Assembly (NCBI GenBank): GCA_965202585.1
Contig: OZ241833.1
Location: forward strand, 5,952,001-6,016,000
DNA: 64,000 nucleotides
Direction of reading: 5' to 3'
Source: Thalia democratica
Lineage: Eukaryota
Under the pieces are notes generated by a model. That model was not told the DNA's origin, did no database searches, and worked only from the letters and a program-made list of their open reading frames with translations. Positions 23,259 to 34,685 of the stretch are shown here, one piece after another. The translations under genes and the position numbers were made by a program. Within the stretch, counting starts at the first letter, position 1, and every line of letters begins with the position of its first letter.

Positions 23259-23749
23259 TATTCAGATTACTTGTACACTACTATCTAAAAATGAAAAAAA
23301 ATAAAGTTGAAAGAAATTAAAATTGTTATTTTTCTATAGTTTTGGCTGAACTTTGATTGTTAATTTAATGTTAAACTACTTTTTTGTCAAATTCTTATAA
23401 CATAATACATCAATATTGAAAAAAAGAAGATTTTGGGTAATGAGTATTTTAAAGTTAAATATTACAAGTAAAAAATTAATATGCTATATTAAGTCTAATC
23501 TTATGCTACAGCTAAGGCTTCTAAGCAATGTTTTAACGCATTGATTTGTTTATATATAAAGTAGTAATCAAGCTTTTCATACTGATTATGCTTTAATTAT
23601 TTTTGTAAGGAACGGAATATGAAACTTTGTTTGTAAAAAACCAGCAACTAGTTTGAGGAAAAACATTTTTTGACGTGGAAATAATACTTAAACTCCACAG
23701 TTTGATTTTTAGATAAAAAATTTGACATACTAAGGATAAATATTCAAGT

Positions 23750-24084
23750 CGAAACGGGTCACTTTTGCACGAAGGGACACTTTTGGACGAGCGTCACTTT
23801 TGCACGAGAGTAAAAAAGTATTTAAAAAAAAAGAAAAAAAAAATAGAAAAACTAATTAATATTGAAAAAATAAAAAGAATTACCGATCGAGGGTAAGGGT
23901 TAGCGGTAATAGTGATAGTAAAAAAAGAATTACAAAAAATAAAAAATAAAACCGGCCGAGGGTAAGGGTTAGGGGTAACAGTGATAAAAAAAGCATACCA
24001 ATAAAACTATTAATTAAAAAAATACAGGAAAACTAAATAAATTATAAAAAATCGATCATAAAAAACCAGAAAAGCTAAATAAGA
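23750..24084. mobile_element. Truncated foldback/MULE-like element
   Basis: Copy of 10871-11205 at +12,879. Confidence 0.55.
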
Positions 24085-24188
24085 GATTTATTAGCCAGTT
24101 TTCTCAAACCTACGTCATAATGCGTTAAAAAATATATTAAAAAAAAAACGAATGTTTCACATCTTTGTTTGTTTTGTGTGTGGCTGAA

Positions 24189-24990
24189 ATGAAACGTCTC
24201 GTAATTTTTTGCTTGCTCTTCCTCGGAGCTTGCTTAGGGCAGATGTTGGGAGGAAAACAAGCCAAGGAAGGACAGTTCCCGTTCGTGGTTCAGATCCGTA
24301 ATCTGAATTGCCACGGAGTTTGCATTTGCGGAGGAGCAATCGTCGCCCCCCACTGGGTTCTGACGGCGGCCCACTGCGTCCGAAACAGCAACAACCAAAC
24401 CACAAAAGTGGCCGTCGTGGCGGGAGACGTTTGGCAGTTTCGAAGAGAGGAAGTCACGGGCAGGGTGGAGATCGGGCCGGAGAAGATACAAGTGTACCCC
24501 TACCCCGACTTCGAGCGAGACAGGCTGAACGACGTGGCTCTGCTGTTCGTCGAGGAACCGTTCAATTCGAAACCGGAAAACTCGAAAGTCAAGATGATTG
24601 GCTTCGGGTCGGACGAAGGCGTTGGGGTGGGGATTCACCAAGATCAACTGGAAGACCAACCAGAGAAGCAGGCAGTCGCCGGTGCTCAAGTACGGCACGC
24701 TGAACATCACGACGATCTACCAGCGCATCATTCATTTCGGAGACCTGAACAGGGACGGCCCCTACTTGCTGAACGGGGACTCGGGCGGTCCGCTGGTGTG
24801 CAGGGACGCCGAAGACGGGAAGCAGAGACTGTTCGGGTGGCAGCGAGCAACTGATGTTGAGAAGAACTCGATTTTTTACGTGAGGTACCGCAGTTTCAAA
24901 GATTAGATCAGAAGGAAGCAAGACGAGGTTGAGAGAAAAAATGAGGACAAGTTTCAGAAAGACAAAAGCTACGAAGAATATTCAGTTTAG
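24189..24990 (+). pseudogene. Serine protease copy 3, 26-bp deletion plus TGG->TAG at 24904-24906
   Basis: Same frameshift as copy 2, with an extra nonsense change in the distal frame. Confidence 0.9.
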
Positions 24991-25917
24991 GAGGGAGTCA
25001 TCGCAATGTTTATTTTGTACCTTCTTTTTGCAATGGAATAATTCTTGTTTTTTTACATTTGAAACTTTTTTATTGTTTCAAAACGAACATAAAGTGTTTA
25101 TTCTAGAACTTATTAAACTTATTTGTAAAGGTTCTATTAAGTTAAGTACATCTTGAATTCTACTGTCTCAATATATTTGACAACTTAACATGAATAAATA
25201 AAATTACTTGTCACCTTTCAAATTAGAAATGAAAACATTTTCTTTAGGCGGGTTAGAAAAAAAAAAACTTATTCATTACCCTTGAAGATTTCTAATACTT
25301 TCAATTCACAAACATTACTCAAACGTCACATTTTAAACTAACGTTGTTTATCGAGCGACAAAAAAAAAGAACTCATAAAGTCTGTCCTAGGATCTGGTGT
25401 ACGAAAAAACCTTTCGGTTATCAAGTCGTACCTTTTAATGTCTTGTGCAGGCCGTATTAAGTGTTCGGACTCCGAACTTCGGAGTTCTTTGTTTTAGATA
25501 GCTTTTAGCCGAGCTATAACATATAGAGTTCAACTTTATAGTTTAATTAAGTTAACAATTTTTTAGAAAGTACTTAACAAAAACTAAAATTAAGTTTTGC
25601 TAACTTTGAAAAATAGACTTTCACCAGATAAAAAAAAACTTTTTACAGACTTTTTATTTAATATAAAGTTAAAGCAGAAACAAAAGTAATATTAACGTAT
25701 ACTTAAAAGCATTTTTAAATTGTAAAAGCAATATGTTATGCTAAACATAAAAATTTGTTAAGCTCAACATAAAAATAAAAATTTTAAACACTTAAACAAC
25801 TGTCAATGCTGATTAATACTAAAATCAAAAACACTTTGATTCTTCTTTCATAAGTTATTGAAATTTACTTTGATTATTTTTATTTTAGACGGAACTGTTA
25901 TACTCGTGTGAATTTGT

Positions 25918-27265
25918 GAAATTATGCTAATTTTATGCAAATTTTTATACATATTTTTGAACGATTTTATGTCGACTAAAACTGGACATCTGGAAGAGTT
26001 AGTGACGTAACATAAAATTTCTGAAATTTAAAAAATAGTTGAAAATATATATTGGATATAATTTTGGGGTGGGTGGGATGGAAAACAAAATCGAAAACAG
26101 CAGCACGAAAAAGGCTGAAAGCAAGGTCGCACAATCGCGCGCAAAGCGCGCTGTTGTGCTTTCTTTGTGAAGCAAAACCGAAAGAAAGCGGAGCTTTCTG
26201 AGGTTGGGACGTACAAAGAAAGCGAAGCCTTTGAGGCATGAAAGCTAAAGCAAGATCGCACAATCGCGCGCGAAGCGCGCTGTTGTGCCTTTTTGCGAAG
26301 CAAAACCGAAAGAAAGCGGGCTTTCTGAGGTTGGGACGTACAAAGAAAGCGAAGCTTTCGAGGCATGGAAGTTAAAGCAAGATCGCACAATCGCGCGCGA
26401 AGCGCGCTGTTGTGCTTTTTTGCGAAGCAAAACCGAAAGAAAGCGGAGCTTTCTGAGGTTGGGACGTACAAAGAAAGCGAAGCTTTCGAGGCATGGAAGT
26501 TAAAGCAAGATCGCGTGCCTTTTTTGCGAAGCAAAACCGAAACAAAGCGAGCTTTCTGAGGCAGGAATTTAGGTTAGAGAATTCAGATTTGTTAAAGTTA
26601 AAAGACTATTTTTTCTTTCTAGTAGAGTAATTGTCTTTTAATGCTTAGTTAAAACATCAGTTTTTAAAGCAGGAATTTAAGTTTTTAAGGCAGGAATTTA
26701 AGTTAACGAATTTAGATTTGTTTGAAGTTAAAATTAGTTGAGATATTATGTTTTAATACTTAGTTTAAACGGCCGTTTTTAAAAACTTGAAGTATTTTTT
26801 AAGAGAATTTGAAAAATAGTACAAAATTTAAAAACCTTATTATTTTTAACACTTTAATTATAATTTTATTTACTTTCTTATTTATTATTAATTATTTATT
26901 AGTATTTGCTTTATTTTGCTTGCACAAAAGCGCGCTCTGCGCGCGATGTGCGATACTTTTAGCTACTTATTACAAACTATTTTCTTACTTATGTAGTTCT
27001 TTTTGATTTGTATTTAAGTGAATAGATATATTAACTTTTTTCTTCGTTTTACATTATCTGTTCGAACTAATTTGTTCTAATCCTTAGTTTAAACATAAGT
27101 TTTCTAAAATTTTAAGAGTTTTTAATAGTATTTCAAAATTATCATAAATTTGAAAATTTTCTAATTAATATTTTTTTTTTACTTATATATTATTTATCTG
27201 CCTTATTCGGCTAGCACAAAAGCGCGCTTTGCGCGCGGTGTGCGATGCTCTTGGCTATTTATTAA
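25918..27265. mobile_element. 128-bp-repeat element, copy C
   Basis: Matches 13039-14386 at +12,879. Confidence 0.5.
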
Positions 27266-29304
27266 AATCTTTGTACCTTTGCACTTTTGACTTTGTACCG
27301 GCTTTCAAGGTTGTCTTGGAAAAAAAGTTAATTTTTATATAATTGCAAAACGAGCAACAAATATCATAACATTTTAACTTTGAAATAGGCAAAAACATCA
27401 ATCTTGGGTTTAAAAAGAACTTATGAAACACAAATATAATTTTAATTTTTGAAAAAAAAACAATGTTCTTAATTTCATTGTGAGTACACAGTGCTTTTCA
27501 TGAATTTACTGAAAACGATAAAAAACCAATGTAATGTTAGGCTTATTCGAAAAAGTACAAAAAAGTTATTTATTTCTAAGAACGCTAAAATTAAAAGATA
27601 TTACGTAACAATGGATAAGTTTTGTTGTTTTTTGAAGACACTTTTTTATATGGCAGATTTGAATGATAGGGCTGAGTTGACATTATATGTATTGAAAGTA
27701 ACATGTTAAGGCTTCAGAGAACTGCTATCTTGTAAATACTGTTTATCTCTCTTTATTATCTTTAATTGAAGTTTACATTTCTAATTTGTTTAATAATAAA
27801 ATTTAGTAAAAATTAGTTGTTTAAAATATACTAGTGATTTATTTAGTATATTAGTGGTAGTTTAAGTTATCTGTATTTATATATAATTGTTTAAAATTGT
27901 TAGATCCTGTTAAATGTTCATATTATTATTAGTATTTGTTATTGTTATTGATTCCATATATTTATATTCCCTATGTTGATATGCATATTTGATATTCTGA
28001 TATTCTAATATTGCCTAATATTGTAAGTAACAGTATTTTAAGATGATCTCAAGTTACTCAGAGGCAGTATCTGTTCCGTTGTGGCTGCCAGGCCCCGCAA
28101 ACGGACACCAAGATCACAATAGAGTCTAAGGACTAGAGTAAGAACTTTTAGCCATGGATTTTCAAATGATAAGTTTTATCTAAAATTTGCTTTGAAAAAG
28201 TTTTTTTTGAAGTATATAGTAAGTTTCACAAAATTAAGCAGCTAGCAAAGACTTTTTCAGATAAGTATGGCCTGCCGACTAAAAAAGCTTCCAATTCATA
28301 TTCTAACCTAGAGGCATATAGTTTTTAATATTTAAAAAACTAACTTTGTACTCTTAATAAATTTAGAATTTTATTTAATACAATTCAAATCTGAAAACAT
28401 CGATCGTTTAGTGAAAAAACTGTTTTTGTGGTATAAAGATAAAGTTTTGATTTTTTAGTTTTAGTTGTAAAATACTAATTTTAGTTTTTTCTTGAAAATT
28501 GATAACTGAAAAAGCTCAAATTTCTATTTGTTATACAACTTCAAAAATAGTTTAAGAAAAGTGCGTTTCTTATTTAACTTTAGATAAGTAATTCAAAATC
28601 TCTTGGTTTGTAAGGGTAGAAACTAAGCTCTTATATATAAACTAAGTCATTTTTTACCTTAGATAAATTTTCTTTTTCTTTTGAAAAGACTATGTTAATT
28701 AGAACAACAATAATTAGTATATAATAATTTATTTTAGAAAAAAATCTTTTGTTAAAAAAAAATATTTTTAGTAATTCTCAGGGTTTGTATAATTCAGATT
28801 ACAGTCAGTTACAACACTGTAAATATTTTAAAAATTTTTACAACTTATTTAACTATTCTACCTTTGTACGGGTCTATTTGAAGTATTTAATTATTATACC
28901 TTTACAGCTGCAATTTTCTGTTAAGCGTATTGTTACCACTGTTAGGTTTTAGCTATTGCTTAACATCTTTAAGTTATACAAGTATATATTAATTCATTAT
29001 ACAAAGATACAAAAGTAGTGACACAAATTTATTACAGTCTAAACCAAATATTTTCAACAACGTAACAAAGTATAACCAAACAAACAATTATACGGGTTTT
29101 GTACACACCTAACAGCGATGAACTTCTTAATTTAATTTTTTTGAACGAACTCAGTATTGAAAAATTATATAATAACTTCAACATATCTCACAAAAACAAC
29201 AAACTAAATACAAAAGCAAACAGAGTTGCATTCAAATTAATGGTTCAAGAATAATTACGCAACAAGTCGAAGATCTTTATTGCTTTACGAAGCAAGTCAG
29301 CTCT

Positions 29305-30944
29305 TCACAATTTACTCACCAACGTTTTTCCATCCTCGCGACCTTTACATATCTTTTCAGCAGTTGTTTCAGCCGCCTTGAGGTCTCCAATTTTGCCGTA
29401 GAAAATGATGTTGCCTGTGCTGTTGTGTGTTATCAGCATAACAAATTGGTGATTGCAGATGAATTCTGCTGGTCGGTCACCGAAAGGTTCACTGAATGAT
29501 GATGCTAGAAATATATGCGAAAAGATTAAAACACTCAAGCCATACTGATGTAAAGGTTGAAATCAACATTCAGTATTATAAAATATCTTGTATTATATAA
29601 TGAGAGAATAATGTGCAGACAAGAAGTCTTATAGTTCTTTTCAAACTAAAATTAAGAAAACTTATAAAATTGTTTATTTAGAATTGGTAAACAAGATAAC
29701 CCAAACTTACAAGCTGAAGTAGTTCTCGCTTTATTAAGTAAATATAATGTAATTTTTTTATAAGTTCAATTTAAAAAAATTATTACTTACTTTTGCAGTT
29801 TGAATAAACAACTTTTACATTAGGTATCAAGTTTGTATTTATATTTGTAGCTATTTTTATTTAACTTACTATCTGTAATAGTATTTTAAATCTTATAAGA
29901 ATAGTTTCATTTTAATACTAGTGCAAATTTAGTTACTCAAATTTGTAGTTTAAATCAAAGCATCTTACTTGCTACTCCGCATGCTTCAGTGCCTTCTTCA
30001 TTGACTTCTAAATAAGTTTTATGAACGATATCCGACACATGAAGTCCTGTTACATCTGAAATTTTGTTCATATTTGCTTTTTTGAGTGAAAACATGTCAG
30101 TCATCCCCAACTTTTCAAAAGTTTCTCGCAAGTTTTTTTCGTATTCAAGTTTGAACTTTGGTAGGAGCAGTTTTATATTTCCTTGAAACTCTGTGCTCCG
30201 CTCAATCATGCTTCTCATCTTGCTAACTGTGAGTTTCTGGAGATCTTCGTAACTCTTGGTCGGCATGAACAGCCACATTGAGTACTCCTCTCCTGCGTAC
30301 GGCATTTCTATACCGTACATTTCATCGTCATAAGCATATTTGTAACGAGGCAAGATTTTCGACATCATCGCAATTTGAGTTTGTGTGCCGTCACAATTGT
30401 AAAAAGTGGACAGAAACGTGGTTTTCATGTTGAAACCTAATGACCAAAAACCTTTGAAGTGTACAACGCTGGTTAAAACCATTCTGGTCAGCTCAGTAAG
30501 CGACTCGGGAGCGATTGCTCGTTTTATTCTGTTTCCGGTGCTCTCAGCAACAAGTTTGTTAATGGCATCTGCACTTCGCTTGCGGTCCGATTTAGTTTTG
30601 AATGGTAAGTTTAGCGCCTTGCAACCGAAGCCTTTGAGAAGTTTCAAATAATCACTTTTGACTTTGTACCGGCTTTCAAGGAACAAATTGTTGAAAATTC
30701 GGGCCTTAACTGAGGGAAGTTTAGAAGATAACTTTTGAAACTCTTCCAAAACCTCTGTACTTTTATAATTACCAATATAGAGACCAAAGGCTTTCGTTAT
30801 TTGATCTTCGGTGTTGCCTTCTGATCCGCAATAAATCATGCTGAGGGCCAGGGAGATGCTGAAAGGAGAAAAGAGAATGTTCTCGTGCGGTGATTTGCTG
30901 CTAAACTCAGCGTAGAGGTCATCAATGAACGAATCAAACGACAT
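29305..30944 (-). CDS. Serpin copy 5, join(30944..29969, 29504..29305), 391 aa, RCL Gly->Glu variant
   Basis: Same structure as copy 3; GGA->GAA at 29489 gives SSFSEPF. Confidence 0.85.
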
Positions 30945-31732
30945 AATTCAGATTACTTGTACACTACTATCTAAAAATGGAATAAATTAAAATTGTTATT
31001 TTTAATAGTTTTGGCTGAACTTTCATTGTTAATTTAATGTTGATATACTTTTTTTGTCATACACTTTTAAGCTTATACATCGGTATTAAAAAAAAAAGAT
31101 TTTGGGTAATGAGTATTTTTAAGTTTAATGTTACAAGTAAAATTTAATATGCTATATTAAGTCTAATCTTATGTTACAGCTAAGGTTTCTAAGCAATGTT
31201 TTAACGCATTGAGTTGCTTATATATAAAGTAGTAATCAAGCTTTTCATGCTGATTATGCTTTGATTATTTTTGTAAGGAACGGAATTTAAAATTTTGTTT
31301 ATAAAAAACCAGCAACTAGTTTGAGGAAAAATATTTTAAGACGTAGTTTACAACACTACTAATATCTTTACTTGTATTTATCTACTTAATTTCTACATCT
31401 TTAAAATTAACTTTAAAAAAGTATTTCTTACATTTTTGTTATGTAGCTTAGTATAAGGCATAAAAGTAAATTAAGATAAAACAGTAATAAAAGTTAATAT
31501 AACAGTTGGTTAGGAATTAACAAAATTATTTATACATGTAACTGTATGCAGATTAGCTGTTTATTTCTACAGCTTAAAGGTAAATATAATTTAAAAAAAA
31601 GCGAAAGAAAATAATTAGGAAATAACTAGAAATAAATATTTATAAAAATAAAAAAGAAGGTAATAATACTTAAACTCCACAGTTTGATTTTTAGATAAAA
31701 AATTTGACATCTTAACGATAAACAATTCAAGT

Positions 31733-32277
31733 GGACAATTTTGCTCGGCAACTCTTTTGCACGAGTGTCACTTTAGCATGAAGGGTCACTTTTGCACGAA
31801 AGTAAAATAAATTACTAAAAAAAATGTAAAAAAAAAAAGAAAAATATAAAAAGACTAATTAATAATAAAAAAACACAAAAAAATACCGACCAGGGGTAAC
31901 GGTTAGTGGTAACAGTGATAGCAAGAAAAAATCACAAAAAATAAAAAGTTAGAAAAAATAAAAATAAAATAAACTAATAAAAATGCAAAAAATTTTAAAA
32001 AAATACCGGCCGAGGGTAAGGGTTAGGGGTAAAAGTGATAAACAAAAAACATACGAAATAAAATTATTAAACAAAAAATACAGTAAAACAAAAAAAATAT
32101 AAAAAATAGATTATAAAAACCAGAAAAACTAAATAAGAAATTTACCGATCGAGGGTAATAGGTAATAGTAATAGAAAAAAAAGATTAAGATTAATAAAAC
32201 CAAAAAAAAAAATTACCTACCGTGCAAAAGTGTCACATCGTGTAAAAGTGTTTCTCGTGCAAAATAAATTACCCACC
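31733..32277. mobile_element. Full foldback/MULE-like element in the divergent promoter
   Basis: Homologous to 1958-2514; flanked by CAATTCAAGT (31723-31732) and CAATTCGAGT (32278-32287). Confidence 0.6.
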
Positions 32278-32451
32278 CAATTCGAGTAAAAAGATTACAT
32301 AAAAATAAAATTGTTTAAAAATATACATTTTATTTTTTCAGAAAATGATTATTAGCCAGTTGTTTCAAAACTACGTCATAATGCCTTAAAAAATCTATTG
32401 AAAAAAAAACGAATGAAAAGCTCGATTTTTGTTCGTTTCTGTGTCGCTGAA

Positions 32452-33279
32452 ATGAAACGTCTCGTAATTTTTTGCTTGCTCTTCCTCGAAGCTTGCACGG
32501 GGCAGATGTTGGGAGGAAAACAAGCCAAGGAAGATCAGTTCCCGTTCGTGGTTCAGATCCGCAATCTGAACTGCCACGGAGTTTGCATTTGCGGAGGTGC
32601 AATCGTCGCCCCCCATTGGGTTCTGACGGCGGCCCACTGCGTTCGAAACAGCAACAACCAAACCACAAAAGTGGCCGTCGTGGCGGGAGACGTTTGGCAG
32701 TTTCGAAGAGAGGGAGTCACGGGCAGGGTGGAGATCGGGCCGGAGAAGATACAAGTGTACCCCTACCCCGACTTCGAGCGAGACAGGCTGAACGACGTGG
32801 CTCTGCTGTTCGTCGAGGAACCGTTCGATTCGAAACCGGAAAATTCGAAAGTCAAGATGATTGGGTTCGGGTCGGATGAAGGTGTTGGGGCGGGGCAGGA
32901 GTGCACTGTGATGGGGTGGGGATACACAAGGATTGACTGGAAGACCGACCAGAGAAGCAGGCAGTCGCCGGTGCTGAAGTACGGCACGCTGAACATAACG
33001 ACGATCTACCAGCGCATCATTCACTTCGGAGACCTGAACAGGGACGGCCCCTACTTGCTGAACTGGGACTCGGGCGGCCCGCTGGTGTGCAGGGACGCCA
33101 GTGACGGGAAGCAGAGGCTGTTCGGGTGGCAGCGAGCGACTGATACCGAGAAGAACTCGATTTTTTACGTGAGGTACCGCAGTTTCAAAGATTGGATGAG
33201 AGGAAAGCAAGGCGAGGTGGAAAGAGAAAATGAGGACAAGTTTCAGAAAAACAAAAGCTACGAAGAATATTCAGTTTAG
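32452..33279 (+). CDS. Secreted S1 protease copy 4, 275 aa, Gly193Trp (WDSGG)
   Basis: Open 828-nt frame with signal peptide and triad; TGG at 33064-33066 replaces GGG. Confidence 0.88.
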   Translation: MKRLVIFCLLFLEACTGQMLGGKQAKEDQFPFVVQIRNLNCHGVCICGGAIVAPHWVLTAAHCVRNSNNQTTKVAVVAGDVWQFRREGVTGRVEIGPEKIQVYPYPDFERDRLNDVALLFVEEPFDSKPENSKVKMIGFGSDEGVGAGQECTVMGWGYTRIDWKTDQRSRQSPVLKYGTLNITTIYQRIIHFGDLNRDGPYLLNWDSGGPLVCRDASDGKQRLFGWQRATDTEKNSIFYVRYRSFKDWMRGKQGEVERENEDKFQKNKSYEEYSV

Positions 33280-33458
33280 GAGGGACTCATCGCAATGCTT
33301 ATTTTGAACCTTCTTTTTGCAATGGAATAAATCTTGATTTTTACATTTAAAACTTTTTTATTGTTTCAAAACTAGCATTAAATGTTTGTTTCTAGTATTT
33401 ATTAAGCTTAATTGTAAAGGTTCTATTAAGTTAAATATATTTTGAATTCTCTCATTTT

Positions 33459-33625
33459 GGGACACGTTCAAAATCCACCCAGTCAAGTTTGAGAAACGCT
33501 AACTGAACGAGGGTGAGGGGTAACAGGAAGTAAATAAAAAATAAATAAAATTCAAAAATATATAAAATAAATTAGTAAATAAAAAAAGTTTAAAAAAAAA
33601 GCGGGTGGATTTTGATAGTATACCG
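33459..33625. mobile_element. ~170-bp MITE downstream of protease 4
   Basis: 13-bp inverted repeat TCAAAATCCACCC / GGGTGGATTTTGA; homologous to 3713-3883. Confidence 0.55.
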
Positions 33626-34399
33626 TTTTTTTCTTCTGTCTCAAGCAATTTATTTGAGAACTTAAAACTTAAGTTTGAAATAAATAAAATTATACCTTAT
33701 AAATAATTAATGGCAACATTTTTTTGGCGGAGTAGGAGAGGAAAAAATTTACCTTAAAGATTTCTAATACTTTTGATTCACAAAAATTACTAACGCTTTT
33801 TAAACTAACATTTTAAACTAACGTTGTTGATAATAATAGTTTATATAATAGTTTTTATAAATATATATCACACCACTTGGATACCTTTTAATGTCTTTTC
33901 AACGATAACTTTTAATCTTTCTATAAAAAACAATGGGTTTATATGATCGTTTCGTATATGAGATATATTATCCCATATACTCCTCAGTAAAGCTAAATGG
34001 AATAATATATCTCATACACGAAACAGTCGTATAAATCTATTATCTGTTAAATAATCAAATAAATATTTAGCTCCAGTTTAACTAGTCACGCACTAATAAC
34101 TTAAACTTTTTTTACAACTTTTGATGTATGTATAAATTTATTTACTTTCTAAGCTACTTGGTTGTTTATCTATAATAATAACTACAATACATGTATAAAA
34201 AGAATATTTTCTATAAGTAGTAATAACTACAATAAGCAAAATTATAAGTCCGACAAACTTATTTTGTATAACAAAATTATATTTAGGTTACTACTAAACA
34301 CATTGCTGAACAACAAAAATTAAAAATATTATATATTAATTATGTCATTTTCAGCTTTATAATTTATAAAAACATTAATTTCTCTTATCACCTGTATCA

Positions 34400-34685
34400 C
34401 AATGGTCGTCAAAGTGTGCAGAGAAATCTTTTTTACTGTGCACAGAAAATTTAGTATGGTGAATTTTTTTTTAGTTGATGTGTTTTGTCTATATCTATGG
34501 AAAAAAGAAAATTATAACATAAAATAACAGTTTTTAAACCGTTGTTTATATACTAAGGCACTCTAAACATAAAAAATAGTAGTAAACTTTAAAAAAAAAC
34601 TATAAATTTTTATAGCCTAGTGTGCACAGAATTTATTTTCCTTTAATTTAGTGCGCACAGCTTTTGAAAAGGTTGAAGACCACTG
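34400..34685. mobile_element. Degenerate hAT-like MITE
   Basis: Right end GGTTGAAGACCACTG (reverse complement CAGTGGTCTTCAACC); left end CAATGGTCGTCAA (11/13 match); internal GTGTGCA(C/G)AG motifs; no clear TSD. Confidence 0.45.

Larger units (their letters stand above)
18446..31950. repeat. Segmental duplication, near-identical to 50496-64000 (offset 32,050)
   Basis: Constant offsets 19660/51710, 22251/54301, 24157/56207, 29955/62005; starts at GGCATTTTGTTTGTG. Confidence 0.92.

Noticed and set aside
32395-33210. Long antisense ORFs over the proteases (271 aa here, 263 aa at 45515-46306, shorter ones elsewhere)
   Set aside because: Shadow frames of a GC-rich coding sequence; no ATG start or recognisable motifs, and lengths vary freely between copies.
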